Positions 1 through 11,045 of a DNA stretch of 64,000 nucleotides are shown piece by piece. The notes under the pieces are model-generated. The model ran no database searches, was not told the origin of the DNA, and saw only the letters and a program-made list of their open reading frames with translations. Within the stretch, counting starts at the first letter, position 1. Every line of letters begins with the position of its first letter. Position numbers and translations under genes: made by a program. This DNA comes from Daphnia carinata (taxonomy: Eukaryota). The stretch spans positions 3,348,001 through 3,412,000 of the forward strand of contig NC_081333.1 of assembly GCF_022539665.2 (NCBI RefSeq), written 5' to 3'.

Positions 1-1182
1 GCATATCTTTCTCTCTCTTTTTTTTTATTGACAGGAAAAAAAAAAAATTTTACATTCTGCTGTTTTTTTTTTGTTTTTTTTTTTATAGATTGAAAAGAGT
101 AGGAAAAAAGGTCGGAGCTAATGGAGTTTGGCAGAACTGTCTATCCCATTTTTTAATGATTTCTCAGACTACGTAAGGTATTCAAGCCTTCCATTTGTTA
201 TGTTAATAAAACATGCAATGTTACTAAAAACATTACAGAGACAGACACGGTCTGGCCTTTTTTTTTTTTTTACTATTGGCAAAGACAAATTCCCAATCGT
301 TTTTACGACCCTCTGAGGGTGGAAAGGAGCATCATCAACCTGACGGTATACATTTTGTTGATTCCTTTTACCTTTTTTTTTTTTTTATTTATTTATTTTC
401 TTTTTTTTTTTTTTGAGCTAGCAGATATCGTGAGATGATGATGATGGTAATCCAGTAGCCGACAAAAACCAGTATTGTTACGACTGCCCTGAACTCGCTC
501 AATTAACCTATGGCTGCTGTCTACCCTTGGCCTGCTCCTGCTGTTGTTACACAAGAAATCAATCGAATCGAGGAAAAAAAAAAAAAGGGGAGTGTCGTAA
601 GGAGCATCAGAAAACCACCAGGGCAGTATAATGTATACTACTGCAGAAGGTAGAGAAGGATCAACACACGCAGAGAACCATCAACAAGTTCGGAAAGGGC
701 CTTTGCCTTATTATTATTTCCCCCCTTTTTTTTTTTTTCTGTGTGTTTTATTTCTATTTTTACGATTCCCTAAGACTCCCCTTTTTCTTTCCTAATTTTC
801 TCTTGTCTTTAAAAAAAAAAAAAAAAAAAAAAAGTTTTCTAGGCGCAAGAATCGAGAAGAAAGGAACAGGAATAGAAGCTGAGGCGGAAGAAGAAAAATA
901 TATAAAAAAAAAAGAAAAGAAAAGGGGGCCGTGAGCACGGTTGGAACCGCGGAGCCCTCGAGGCGAGTCCATCTGCTTCGGAAGTGAGTGGGAGGGCTCT
1001 CCGACACCATCAAAAACTACTCGGCAAGCAGCGAGCAGCCAGCAGGAGAGCCCGAACTGAAATACATATATATATATATATATATTTTTTAAAAAGTGGG
1101 GGGGGGGGGGGGGGGGGGGGGGGACTATACCACACCATCTATAGTCACCGTACTATTTACTGGGACTACCGTACGGTCCTCG

Positions 1183-1212
1183 TCAGTTGAGTCTAAGCGA
1201 CGCGAGCCGAGT
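1183..1212 (+). promoter_or_regulatory. Putative Pol II core promoter (Inr TCAGTT plus MTE-like CGAGCCGA)
   Basis: TCAGTT at 1183-1188 matches the arthropod Inr (TCAKTY). CGAGCCGA lies ~+19 from it, ~280 nt upstream of the ATG at 1464. Confidence 0.35.
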
Positions 1213-1463
1213 GGGCTCATTCATAAGTCGGTATCGGCTCTGACAAGCCGCTGATTTTCGTCTTTCCTCTCTGAGCGTTAGACAACTCTTGATCTAAAAA
1301 CACAAGTGAAATTCAAGTTCTCTCGTTTATTTGTGGTTTTTGAAAAAAAAACATCGAAAAAGTTGTCAGAATCGGCCGCAAAATTTGTTTTCAAAGCAGA
1401 CGACTAAATCAGCAGACGACAGTCGTTTGATCACAGTGACATTTCGATCGTGGCATCATCAAC

Positions 1464-3285
1464 ATGGCTGGATTAATTGCCGTCTTGTCTCTGTTGGCTA
1501 TCATCGTGACTCCAGGTGAGTTTTTCTTTCTGTTTTTACATATTCAAATTCATTTGATTTCAAGGGGTTTCGTTATTTCACAAACAAAAAAGGGATCGTG
1601 TTCGTCATATTAAGTTTACTACCTCCCTCATGAAAAACAAGAAAGAAAGAAACCAATAAGGGCAGGGTTGAAAACGATAAGAATGAAGCCAGAAATAGAG
1701 CGATTAGCATTCCTTGTCAAAAGTCTTTGGGGCTTCGCATTCCCAATTTGACTACTCGTTTTCTTCTTTTTCTTCGTTTCCAAACTTCTTTATTGCTCGC
1801 GGTCTATTAAGTAAAACCGGATAGGTGTCAAAGGTCGCGGGTTACGGGAGTCACGATCTTCTTTTCTTTCAACTTAGGAATTCCTTCTATTCGTTCCTTG
1901 TGGCTTTTTTTTTTTTTTTTTTTTTTTGAAAGAAAAAGGAGGGTGAAACTCGAGAGAAACCACCCCACACACACATAAGAAACTGGATTACCCAAAAAAG
2001 TTTTCGAGCCTTGATTGCATGCCTGCCGCCAACTTGTGTATGTTTCAAACAGGGGGGGGGGGACAAAAAGCAAAAGGAGTAGATAAATTTAGATCAGCTG
2101 TTAAGTAACAGCAGATGTGGGTGGCCGACATTGGATAGTACCTCTTCGTTAACTCGTTGAGTCAAAAAAAAAAAAAAAAAAAAGTTAATGAGTTTCAAGT
2201 TTTGAACTTCAAAAGACAAAAAGTCCATCATTGAAACGAAAACAAAGAACATTCACCTGTTGTGTGCCTGCTTTCTTTTTGCTACTGATAAGTTTTTTTC
2301 TTTTTCCTTCCGGACTAGACACACTAAAGAAAACGAACGAGCAAATACACTGTAGGAATCAATGACCCTCCAAAGTAATATTCCTATAGTGCTGGGCCTC
2401 TCTGTTGTAAACGTGTGTGTGTGTGTGTGTGTGTATTATTTTTTTTCTTCTCCTCCTCCCTGTTCTTTTGGCGGCATCTTCCAGTAAAAAAAAAAAAATG
2501 AAGAAGGTAGAACAACAACACACACACACACACACAAAAAAAAGTAGAAGGGAAATAGAATTGAAAATTGGGGTCCGCTCCGGGGCACTTGTGTCTTTTC
2601 TCTTTCTCTCCTTGTCTGATTGTTGTGTGTACATGAACAAAATGTATAGACTAACAGCAGACCTGTAAATATGTTGTTGACGTTTCTGATGGGTCACCAG
2701 CTAAGAAGAATAGAAAAGAAAAAAGAAAGGCCCCACTTACTCGTGTTGCTTTCCACCCTTGTACCTTACATTTTTAGCCCGAATTTGTGAAAGAAGAAAT
2801 CTCGTAACTGGCGAGGTGGGGGCGAATAAAACAATCAAGAACAATGTCGTACATCAAAATTGAGCTCAATGAATTGAAAAAAAATTTTTGAAAGGAGTTG
2901 GTTGTTTTATTTGGAACATCCAAATTTTTGGTGTTAGTTGTTCGGCTGTGCTCGAAAAATGTGTAGCGATAGGATAAAACAAAAGTGGCAGGTGCTGAGC
3001 GCTCGACTTCCTCTTCGCATCACCTACTCATGCGTTACTTTGTTTTATTTTTTTTTTTTAATAATTTTTTTTTTTTTTTTTTTTTTTTTCCTATCCCAAC
3101 TTGTTACACCACAGCCAAACACCTGGTGACAATCGCTCACGACCGCACAGAACGCATTTCTCACGTCGATATCCCACTTCTTTTTTTCGCAGGGGAGTTT
3201 TCGTTCGTCGAAAATTCCTCAATTTCTTTTGTTTTGTTTGGTTGGTTAATTGAAATTGGCGCTCGTATCCAAGCCAACCCTAAAA

Positions 3286-3323
<38 letters not shown>

Positions 3324-4266
3324 TTGTTATTTAATTATAATTGTTATTATTATTTCCCACCCAAATTGTGTGCGAGTGTCGTGTGGAAATCAATACGACC
3401 GTTATTCGCCACTGTTATTACCTACTGTTTTTCTCAAGCGAATTACGAGTTTTGTTTGTTTTTTGGTCTTCATTTCTTTCTTTTCTTTTTTTTTTTTTAT
3501 TGTTATTCTGTTTGTAATGAAAAATAACAATTTGATTGAAATACCAGGATTGGGAATGTGTTTCTTTCCGGCCGAATTCCAGGGCGAGTTCATGACGCAA
3601 TCATCTTCACGTGGCGGCATCAATTTGCAGTACGCGCCCATCAGCATCCTGCCAGAGTCCATTCCCGTCTGGGGTGTTTGCCATCGGCGATTTGGTAACC
3701 GAGTCATCCTCATGGACAGGTAAACAATAAAAAAAAAAACAACATTTTTGTTTTTTTTTGTTTTTTTTTTTGTCCGCCGAAAAGACGAAAGAAATAGTTA
3801 ACAGGAATCACACGTTGCCAAGTTTGAAATTCATTTTCTTCTTTTATTTGCTGACGAATGAATCAAAACATAACAGGACTGGCGGTACTAATTGCATCCG
3901 CTGCTTCGAACTGACATTACGGTCGCTCAACGTCGTCCAGATCCACACGGAAGGACTCGATAAATGCTACACGACCGAGGAGGCGGCCATGGCCACCTGC
4001 CCGACGGACGAGAGTATCGCCACGGGCAAATCGCGAGAAATCATGCTCTACAGTGAGTGGTCTACAAAGCCTATCCCCTTCCTCCCAACCTTTTTTTTTT
4101 TTTTTTTTTTTTCTGTCTACGCGTGGGAGTGTGTTACCTTTTGTTCTGCATCTCCCCTCCACCTTTAGTCGACAACTTCTTCCGTTTGCATATGCACCTT
4201 ATTTACATAATGCCATTTCCCGTGTCTCGATGTACGTCATCCTCATTTCTTATTTTCATTTGCCTT

Positions 4267-4297
<31 letters not shown>

Positions 4298-7200
4298 TTG
4301 TGTTACAGAAACCAAAGAATTGAGTGGCGATACAGTCGTTGCTCAGGAGTACTGCCCAATCAATGGCCGATTTGTTTTCACTTATTCCGTCAACGACGGA
4401 TTGGCCGACCATGTCAGCGTCGGCGAAAACGTCAATGAATGCCACGAACCCGTTTCGGAGCTGTCCAACTGTCCGTACGGTTTCGGACTCGGACTACGCT
4501 TCAAGCGTTGCTCTTTCGGCGAACTAGGTAAGAAATGAAATTCTTTAATAGCCAATAAAAATTTTTAGAAATTTCATTTTTCTTTCCCATTTTGAAAAAG
4601 GAAATGGAAAGTTTTTTTTTTTTTTTGATTACTCAAACTTCTTCTTTTATCGTTTGACATTTTCTTATTTTTTCTTTTTTTCTCTTTCTTCGTTTAGAAA
4701 TCAACTTTCAGTGCCTAGGAGATTGGATTGGCCACAACGGCGAGCGCTACATGGCCCTGCTGGACGTTCAGGATTCGACGGCAGTGGCGACGGCCGGCGG
4801 CGTCTGTGTTAACGGCGCCGAGCGCCGACCCCGTTATCGTTGTGCGGTATGTGTTGTTTATGCCCCGTTTCTTTTATTCTCCATTTCTTATTCTTTCTTT
4901 TTTTTTTTCTTTTCTTTCTTCCCCACTGTGGTCGCTCTCGATCGTGTCTTTCGTGTGTTCGACATTTTTTTTTTTTTTTTCAAATTTTCCCGTCTTTCAA
5001 CTGAAACTATAGCGGAAATGAGGCGGCGCAATTCATTTTTTTTCTTTCGTAACGTGACGTGTAATTTTGACCCAAAAATAACGAAAACACGGAGGCCCCC
5101 AAAACAACAACAGAATGACCAGGTCATGTGAAATCCAACCCATTCGTCACCGTGAATGGCCGTCGTTTATTCCTCCCCCACCAACCCGGCCAAAAAAAAA
5201 AAAAAAAAGAAAGAAATACATTGTGGGATAAAGTTTTTTTTTGTTTTGTTTTGTTAGGAACAGGACAGGATAGAAAAAAAAAAAAATATTTTAAAAATTG
5301 TGGGTAACGCACATCCTCTGTTTTGGTCGTGTGAGTTGGGACACGGCCCATTATTTTGTGGAAAGAAAAACAAGAAATGTCTGTGAAGGGCGGGGCGGTG
5401 TAGAGTGCGGACCGAATCTGCAATTCCAAACCGGTGATTCGGATAATGAAATTGGTTGCTTTTGTCAAATCCAATCATATCTCAAATCATTTCCTTTCAT
5501 CCCACTTTACATCCACTGCTACGCGTAAGGCCGGTAGAGAAAGTTAAAAAAAAAAAAAAAAAAAGGCCTTAAACAAAAGAAGAAAAAAGACAGTAAAGAG
5601 CCCATTGTTTTCCACTTCCGCCGAGTTAAAAATAAAAAGGAAGAAAATGCTTACCTCCCCCCCCCCCAATCTTTTTTTTTTTTTTTTTTTCTGCTTTCTC
5701 TTCTCCTGGTCAAACAGGCGTATTTCCATCGGTTTCAACTACGTGCTTTACGCGTAATAGAACTGGACTTGTCAAGCGAGACTTGAATGTACAACAAGTG
5801 GCGCCTCTTTTATCGTTTCCTTTTTATTTATTTTTTTCTTTCTTTCTTTAAAAAAAAAAAAATGATTACAGCTGTATAAGGAGGATCCGGAAACGGGCAA
5901 AATGTATGTGGCCCTATCCAGCGACTCGACGTGCACCAACGACCTCAAGAGCCCCAAAGAGGGTTATGAGACTTTGGTATTGACCAGCATACCCCCTCCG
6001 CCTTTACCCTTCGAGGTAGTTGATCAAAGAAAATTACATTCATCGCGTAGAAAAGACGACGTGGGATTGTTTGGTTTCAAAGTTGTTAACATTTTCTTTT
6101 GTTTATTATCCATAGGTGAGTACCAGTTCTTGCCGCTTCCCTTCATGGGCGCATGGCCAATGGCAGGATGCCTACGTCGAAGACGATACGCTCATCTACA
6201 AGGATCTTCGCAACTTCAAGACCTACACTCTCAAATGTATGGTGGATGATAAAACTTTGCCTGACGACCAGGGCAGGTTCGTCGTCTACGCTCGGACTCA
6301 GTGGTATTGTTTAAAATTAATAATAATAATTTCATTTATAGTTCATTTGGTTTCATTGATTTGTTTTTGTTTTCCATAGTGGAGACGATTTCTATACGTG
6401 CCTGACGGTGGAGAAACGAGGCGTCAATGTCATGGAGTTTCAATTGGGAACTGAGACATCGACGTCGTACAATCAAAGTCTGTGCCAGAACGAGAAGTTC
6501 CCACAGGAGACGTGGGTCACCCAAGGAAGGATCACCGTATTCTCGGAAGAGGCGTGCCCCATTTCCGGAGAATACACGGGCGTCATCCCCGACGCTGTCG
6601 GACTTTGTGCCAAATTGTATTCGGATTGCCGCAACCCTCAGCGCATGTTTTACAGCGTCTCCAATTGCCACAACCTCAGCGAAGTCTACGAAGGTATGAC
6701 AACATTTACCAATTTCGCGTTCATTCAATGGATTAACAAAAAAAAAAACAAAAAAACATTTCGTATTCACACCGTTACAGAACGCGAATACCGTTGTTTG
6801 GGCAAGTTCGCTGACCGAGGCCTGACCTATACCTACACAGAACGGCGCGATGTCTTAGGTTATGAATGTTTCGTTGGCGTGATCATTAACGACGGAGAAC
6901 TCTTTATCAAAGAAGCTGGTGAACATTGCCAAAGAGATGTCGAACCTCTTCGTCTTGGAATGAAAGTCACTCGTCAAGCCACTTGTTACGCGCCGAGGCC
7001 TTCGGCGAAACCAAACGCCATCGCCACAGCGGCCACGTCAACGACCAACTTCAACACCAATATGCATCCATCCGTTGTCGACTCGAACGGCGTTCACAGG
7101 CCGGCCTCATCTCTACCACCGCACAACGGCATTCAACCCACAACAATCAAAACATGGAAACCTGTCACAGGTAATTTTTTAATACCTGTTTATGTTTTGT

Positions 7201-7395
7201 TTGTTTGTTTTTTTCGTTTTTTTTTCATGGACGAAGCAAATTATTAAGTTCGTTTTATTTTCTTTCGATAAATCAATAGATTCACCGATGGGATCATCAG
7301 GTTACAGAAGTCTTTTTACCTCTTCGATGTTGCTGTTGGCTTTCGTGGCGGTTCAACTGCTTGATCGTTGGCTAACGGGCTCGCGGTTCTATTGA
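1464..7395 (+). CDS. Uncharacterised secreted/membrane-anchored Cys-rich protein (resembles the arthropod DUF7042/7043/7044-type family)
   Basis: Exon 1 (1464-1515) encodes signal peptide MAGLIAVLSLLAIIVTP followed by GTGAG. Later exons (~3548-3719, ~3877-4052, ~4309-4527, ~4698-4846, ~5872-6015, ~6116-6302, ~6380-6693, ~6781-7170, ~7280-7395) carry repeated CxFP..GxW and CPI.G.F/Y motifs, a Thr/Pro-rich stalk and a hydrophobic C-terminus. Confidence 0.8.
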
Positions 7396-8060
7396 AGTTG
7401 CTGTTATTGTGTCTGTGGGAAGGCCCCTCCACAGTGGTGTAAATCTGTTGTAAATAAAGATTATCAGAGTGAAAAGTAAAGCGATAATTCCCCACTCAAA
7501 GTCTATAACGGGATTGTATAAAAAACAAATATTACAAAATTCTCCATATAAAGCTGATTAACGGGTACCATTGATACAAGTATTGCAAATGTCGTTTATC
7601 GAATTGTATCGTTGAAGAAAGTGGACCGTTTCCCATTTTTTTTTTTTTTTTTTGTGATTTATCCTGTGTAAAAAAAAAAAAAAAATAATAACAAGCAAAA
7701 ATGCATGCAAAAAATAACGCCGTTTTAGGCCTTTTTCCGAATAGTAACAACAGTAACAAGTAACAACACATTTTTTCGATTGTATAATATTGAGTATCAA
7801 ATACAACCGGGAAAAAATCGTAAACAATGTTCGAAATATTTCCAGAAAAAAAAGGGAAGATAGGTAACTCAAGTTTATTTTAACATGGCTTACTTTCAAG
7901 CCATTTCCCGGTAAGGATTCTGTCTTTTTCCACTTTTATATTTTCCGAACAACTACATATTTTTATAGACATGCATTTATTAGTTATTTTACGTGAGTTT
8001 AAACCAATTCCATGAGATTTCGTTTTTTGCCGATTTTGACAAAAGTGAGAAGGCTACATA

Positions 8061-8376
8061 GCCTTCCCACTTTTTCATTCTTGGCCAAAATCCAATTTTC
8101 ACATAACATTCATGATTTCGATTCAAAATTGAATGGAAATCATGAAAATCAAGTTCATTTTTGCATTGGCTTTATGGTTTTTGAAATATTCGTAAAAAAA
8201 CAGAGGGTGCGCTAACAAGTAACTTCACTTTTTTTCATTTATTTCAAAAAAGGGTGGCTTAGCGACAAAACGAATCACAGAACCGAAATCACCGTTAAAT
8301 TTTGATTATACAGTATGAATTTCATCCAATTCCGTGAGATTTCGTTTTTGGCCGATTTTGACAAAAGTGAGAAGGC
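8061..8376. mobile_element. ~316 bp MITE-like non-autonomous element with imperfect TIRs, flanked by TA
   Basis: Starts GCCTTCCCACTTTTTC..TTGGCCAAAA and ends TTTTGGCCGATTTTGACAAAAGTGAGAAGGC (imperfect ~30 bp TIR). TA lies at 8059-60 and 8377-78. Further partial copies sit at 8004-8054 and, inverted, at ~13340-13628. Confidence 0.6.
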
Positions 8377-8566
8377 TATACTGTATGGCAATCCGTTTTA
8401 CACACAAAAAAAAAATCACACTTTTTTCTTTTTTTCCGACACGTAGCCATCTACCGCTCAGACTCGTTATTACTGGCGTAGGCAATTTCAGTCCATTGGA
8501 TGCCATTCGCAGTTAGTTCAGGAACGTGGATGGAGAATAACGCGTGGCTGGAGGAACAATTGAAAA

Positions 8567-9310
8567 ATGGATAAGATGATACAACAAAAGGATGGTAAGT
8601 ATAAACATTATTATATTGGTTTTCAATTATTAACTATTGTTTATTAGATCAAATTATGAAGCTGCAGGCCCAATTATTGGAACAACACAAAATATTAGAT
8701 AACAGCAAAGCTAAGGATGGTAAGGCCTAATACGTAATGATTCTATTTATTTGCTTTTATTCATTTGTGTTTTGTAGCTCAAATTTTGAGTCTACAAGCT
8801 TAGCTAGGGGAAAAGAACAAATTGGAATGGAACAGTTTCCAAACAGTGAAAGAGGTTTTTCCAAACTCATCCCTAACTGAACATGAGGATGAATTGGCAT
8901 TAGGTGAACACAGTCAGGTACCTAAACTTTTCAAATAAGAATTCAAAATAAGTATAGAATTTTAAAAAACAATTATTTATTGTTTAGTTATTCAGTCTAC
9001 CACCTGACAGTGTTTTAAAGTTAAATTCTGTTAGTGCTGCACTAAAAGAATTGTTAGTAATAAGTCCATGCAGCGAAGGAATTGAACAATTGTGGGACTG
9101 TATTTGGGCCGAAAATGGGTGTGGTATGGAAACCAAGATATGGCATGAGTTCAACATAAAACATGAATTAGGTACTTTTCGGTTTTTTGTCTATCGAAAA
9201 AAGTATTTTTAATGCAACTATTTTGCATTCACAGAATTTTAGTGGGGGATCAAGTCAAGTCTGGAAGTGTTACAGGATGGAAGAGTGAGCCTACAGTTGA
9301 AAAACACTGA
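8567..9310 (+). pseudogene. Left-arm copy of an unknown spliced gene with a premature stop
   Basis: Phase-consistent exons 8567-8594, 8648-8719, 8778-8917, 8988-9171 and 9243-9310, with 53-71 nt GT-AG introns. In-frame TAG at 8801-8803 where the right-arm copy has CAG. Confidence 0.55.
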
Positions 9311-10634
9311 AAGTGCATTACCATTAAGGTATGAGGTAAAGTAATAGAGTATGCAAATTGTCTAATGAGAAGTACCATCTTGTGTGAATGAATCCTGTGT
9401 AACAGCAATCCTTTATAGTTCTGTCACAGCTAGAGCCTCAAATAATTCTGCTGCTCTGGCTAAAGAACAACTTGTCCTTTACGTTCAGAGTGTTGGTGAA
9501 GCTGGGTACTTAAATGGCCCTAAAGATGTTTCATTTCGCTGGCATTGCAGCGATGAACATCATACATGGACTTTTTAGGTATGAAAGGAATTTTCTTGAA
9601 AATTTTTTTTGAATTTATGACAAAGCATTTCTCCTGCTTTTTGCCAACCATGTCTAATCTAAAAAAAAAATTTATCCAATAGGAAAGGATTTTCAGCATA
9701 CTTTTAAACACAACTATCATACAACATGCAAACATTCTTCTAGGGGTGCTATTTTATCATTCAAGAGCCTTATACAATGATTTTCATCTGCAATTTGTAT
9801 GGCCTTTCCCAAGCTTCTGCCAGAAGTTGAATCTATAAGTCATGTAAGTCACATGAGCAACAATTGATATGTTTAATGGTGTTGTTTTTCTTTTCTCAAT
9901 ATAGGTTAATAGTAAAATTGGATCTGAAAAGATTCTTGGTTGGGGCAAGACACTGAATAAATTGTATTGATTGGATGGATGACATGACATTGCTATACTT
10001 AATTCGGATTCCCCAGACGGTATTTGATATTAAAAAAATTGAAGTGCATATCTGGGCTCCCTTCTTTTCTGAAGCCCCGTTTCCCCTTGACTCATAATAA
10101 GCCCGTAGGGGGTCATGCCCCTACTGTACGGTATATATAAAAACAACATATACCGAGGTTTGGAGGGCTCTGGCCGGAAAGGGGACGTGGGGTGCCGCTT
10201 AGTCCGATGATGTGTTCACGGAGGGTGACGTGGCTGCCCACAAATCCGAACTAAAGGTTAATCGCTCCTGTAAAAATGTTCCAAATCTTCAGCTCTTCTT
10301 CCGGCTTCTCTTAGCCAATCACCGGGTAATCTCCCCGGTGGGTCAACAAGGCAGTGTCTCCCCCTGCCTGGGTTGACGGCAACTTTTGAAAGGGCTATTG
10401 TGCCTTTTTAAAGTTGCAAAAATAATTGTAATGTGCAGAGAATTGTCAATAAAATTTTTTTTATAAAATGTTTTTTGCAAAATTTGTTATTTTCATTGTC
10501 TGTGTTCACACATTACATTTATCAACTTTTTTTTTTTTAACTTGCTCATTTCACCTTTATTGTTTATGCCACCTTTGATGGTAAGCATTGTTTCCATTGG
10601 TTTATCGTTTATCTGTATGCATTCATTTATTATT

Positions 10635-10695
10635 CAGGGATCGAACCCTGGATGTTCGGCATACCGCGCCGATGCTTTACCAATGAGCCATGAAT
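10635..10695 (-). pseudogene. Degenerate tRNA-like element (A box/B box)
   Basis: Minus strand reads TGGCTCATTGGTAAAGCA-TCGGC-GCGGTAT-GCCGA-ACATC-CAGGGTTCGATCCCTG. There is no proper acceptor stem. Confidence 0.6.
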
Positions 10696-10819
10696 CATAT
10701 AATGTCAAGTCGGCTTTTTTCTAGTCACTTGCGGACTTGCATTTACACTTTGAATAAAACTGACCAATACTGCAATATTTTTTTCTACATTTAGACATAG
10801 CTCTTTTTACATCTACTAA

Positions 10820-10880
10820 GGTTTGAACCCAGGGTAACAGTTATCGCAGCTGAATGCTCTACCACAGAGCTATGGACCTT
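10820..10880 (-). pseudogene. Degenerate tRNA-like element (A box/B box)
   Basis: Minus strand reads TAGCTCTGTGGTAGAGCATTCAGCTGCGATAACTGTTACCCTGGGTTCAAACC, with D stem GCTC/GAGC and B box GGTTCAAACC. Confidence 0.6.
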
Positions 10881-10975
10881 AAGAAGGGAATAGAAAGATA
10901 AACATATAGTTGTGAAAGACTGCATAAACATCCTAGACGATAACATATGATATGCGATAATAAAAAATTTAAATA

Positions 10976-11045
10976 TATCTCGTGGCTCAATGTTAGAGCA
11001 TCGGCGTTGCACGCTGAATGTCTGGGGATCGATTCCCATGCCAGT
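10976..11045 (+). pseudogene. Degenerate tRNA-like element (Ala-TGC-like loop)
   Basis: Reads TGGCTCAATGTTAGAGCA-TCGGC-GTTGCAC-GCTGA-ATGTC-TGGGGATCGATTCCCA. It is a diverged inverted counterpart of the 10635-10695 element. Confidence 0.6.

Noticed and set aside
370..560. Possible minus-strand exon (donor-like AG|GTAA near 370)
   Set aside because: No convincing start or recognisable peptide, so it cannot be supported from this window.
128..5738. Many ORF-track entries rich in poly-F, poly-K or CVCV
   Set aside because: They are translations of homopolymer and (TG)n tracts in introns or intergenic DNA. Only the embedded exon segments are coding.
8004..8376. CRISPR-like or satellite reading of the ~50 bp direct repeat at 8004 and 8326
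   Set aside because: Eukaryotic context with only two direct copies ~320 bp apart. It is better explained as MITE right ends.
10635..11045. Functional tRNA genes in the spacer
   Set aside because: They lack 7-bp acceptor stems and have non-canonical anticodon loops or defective T arms, so they are reported as tRNA-like only.
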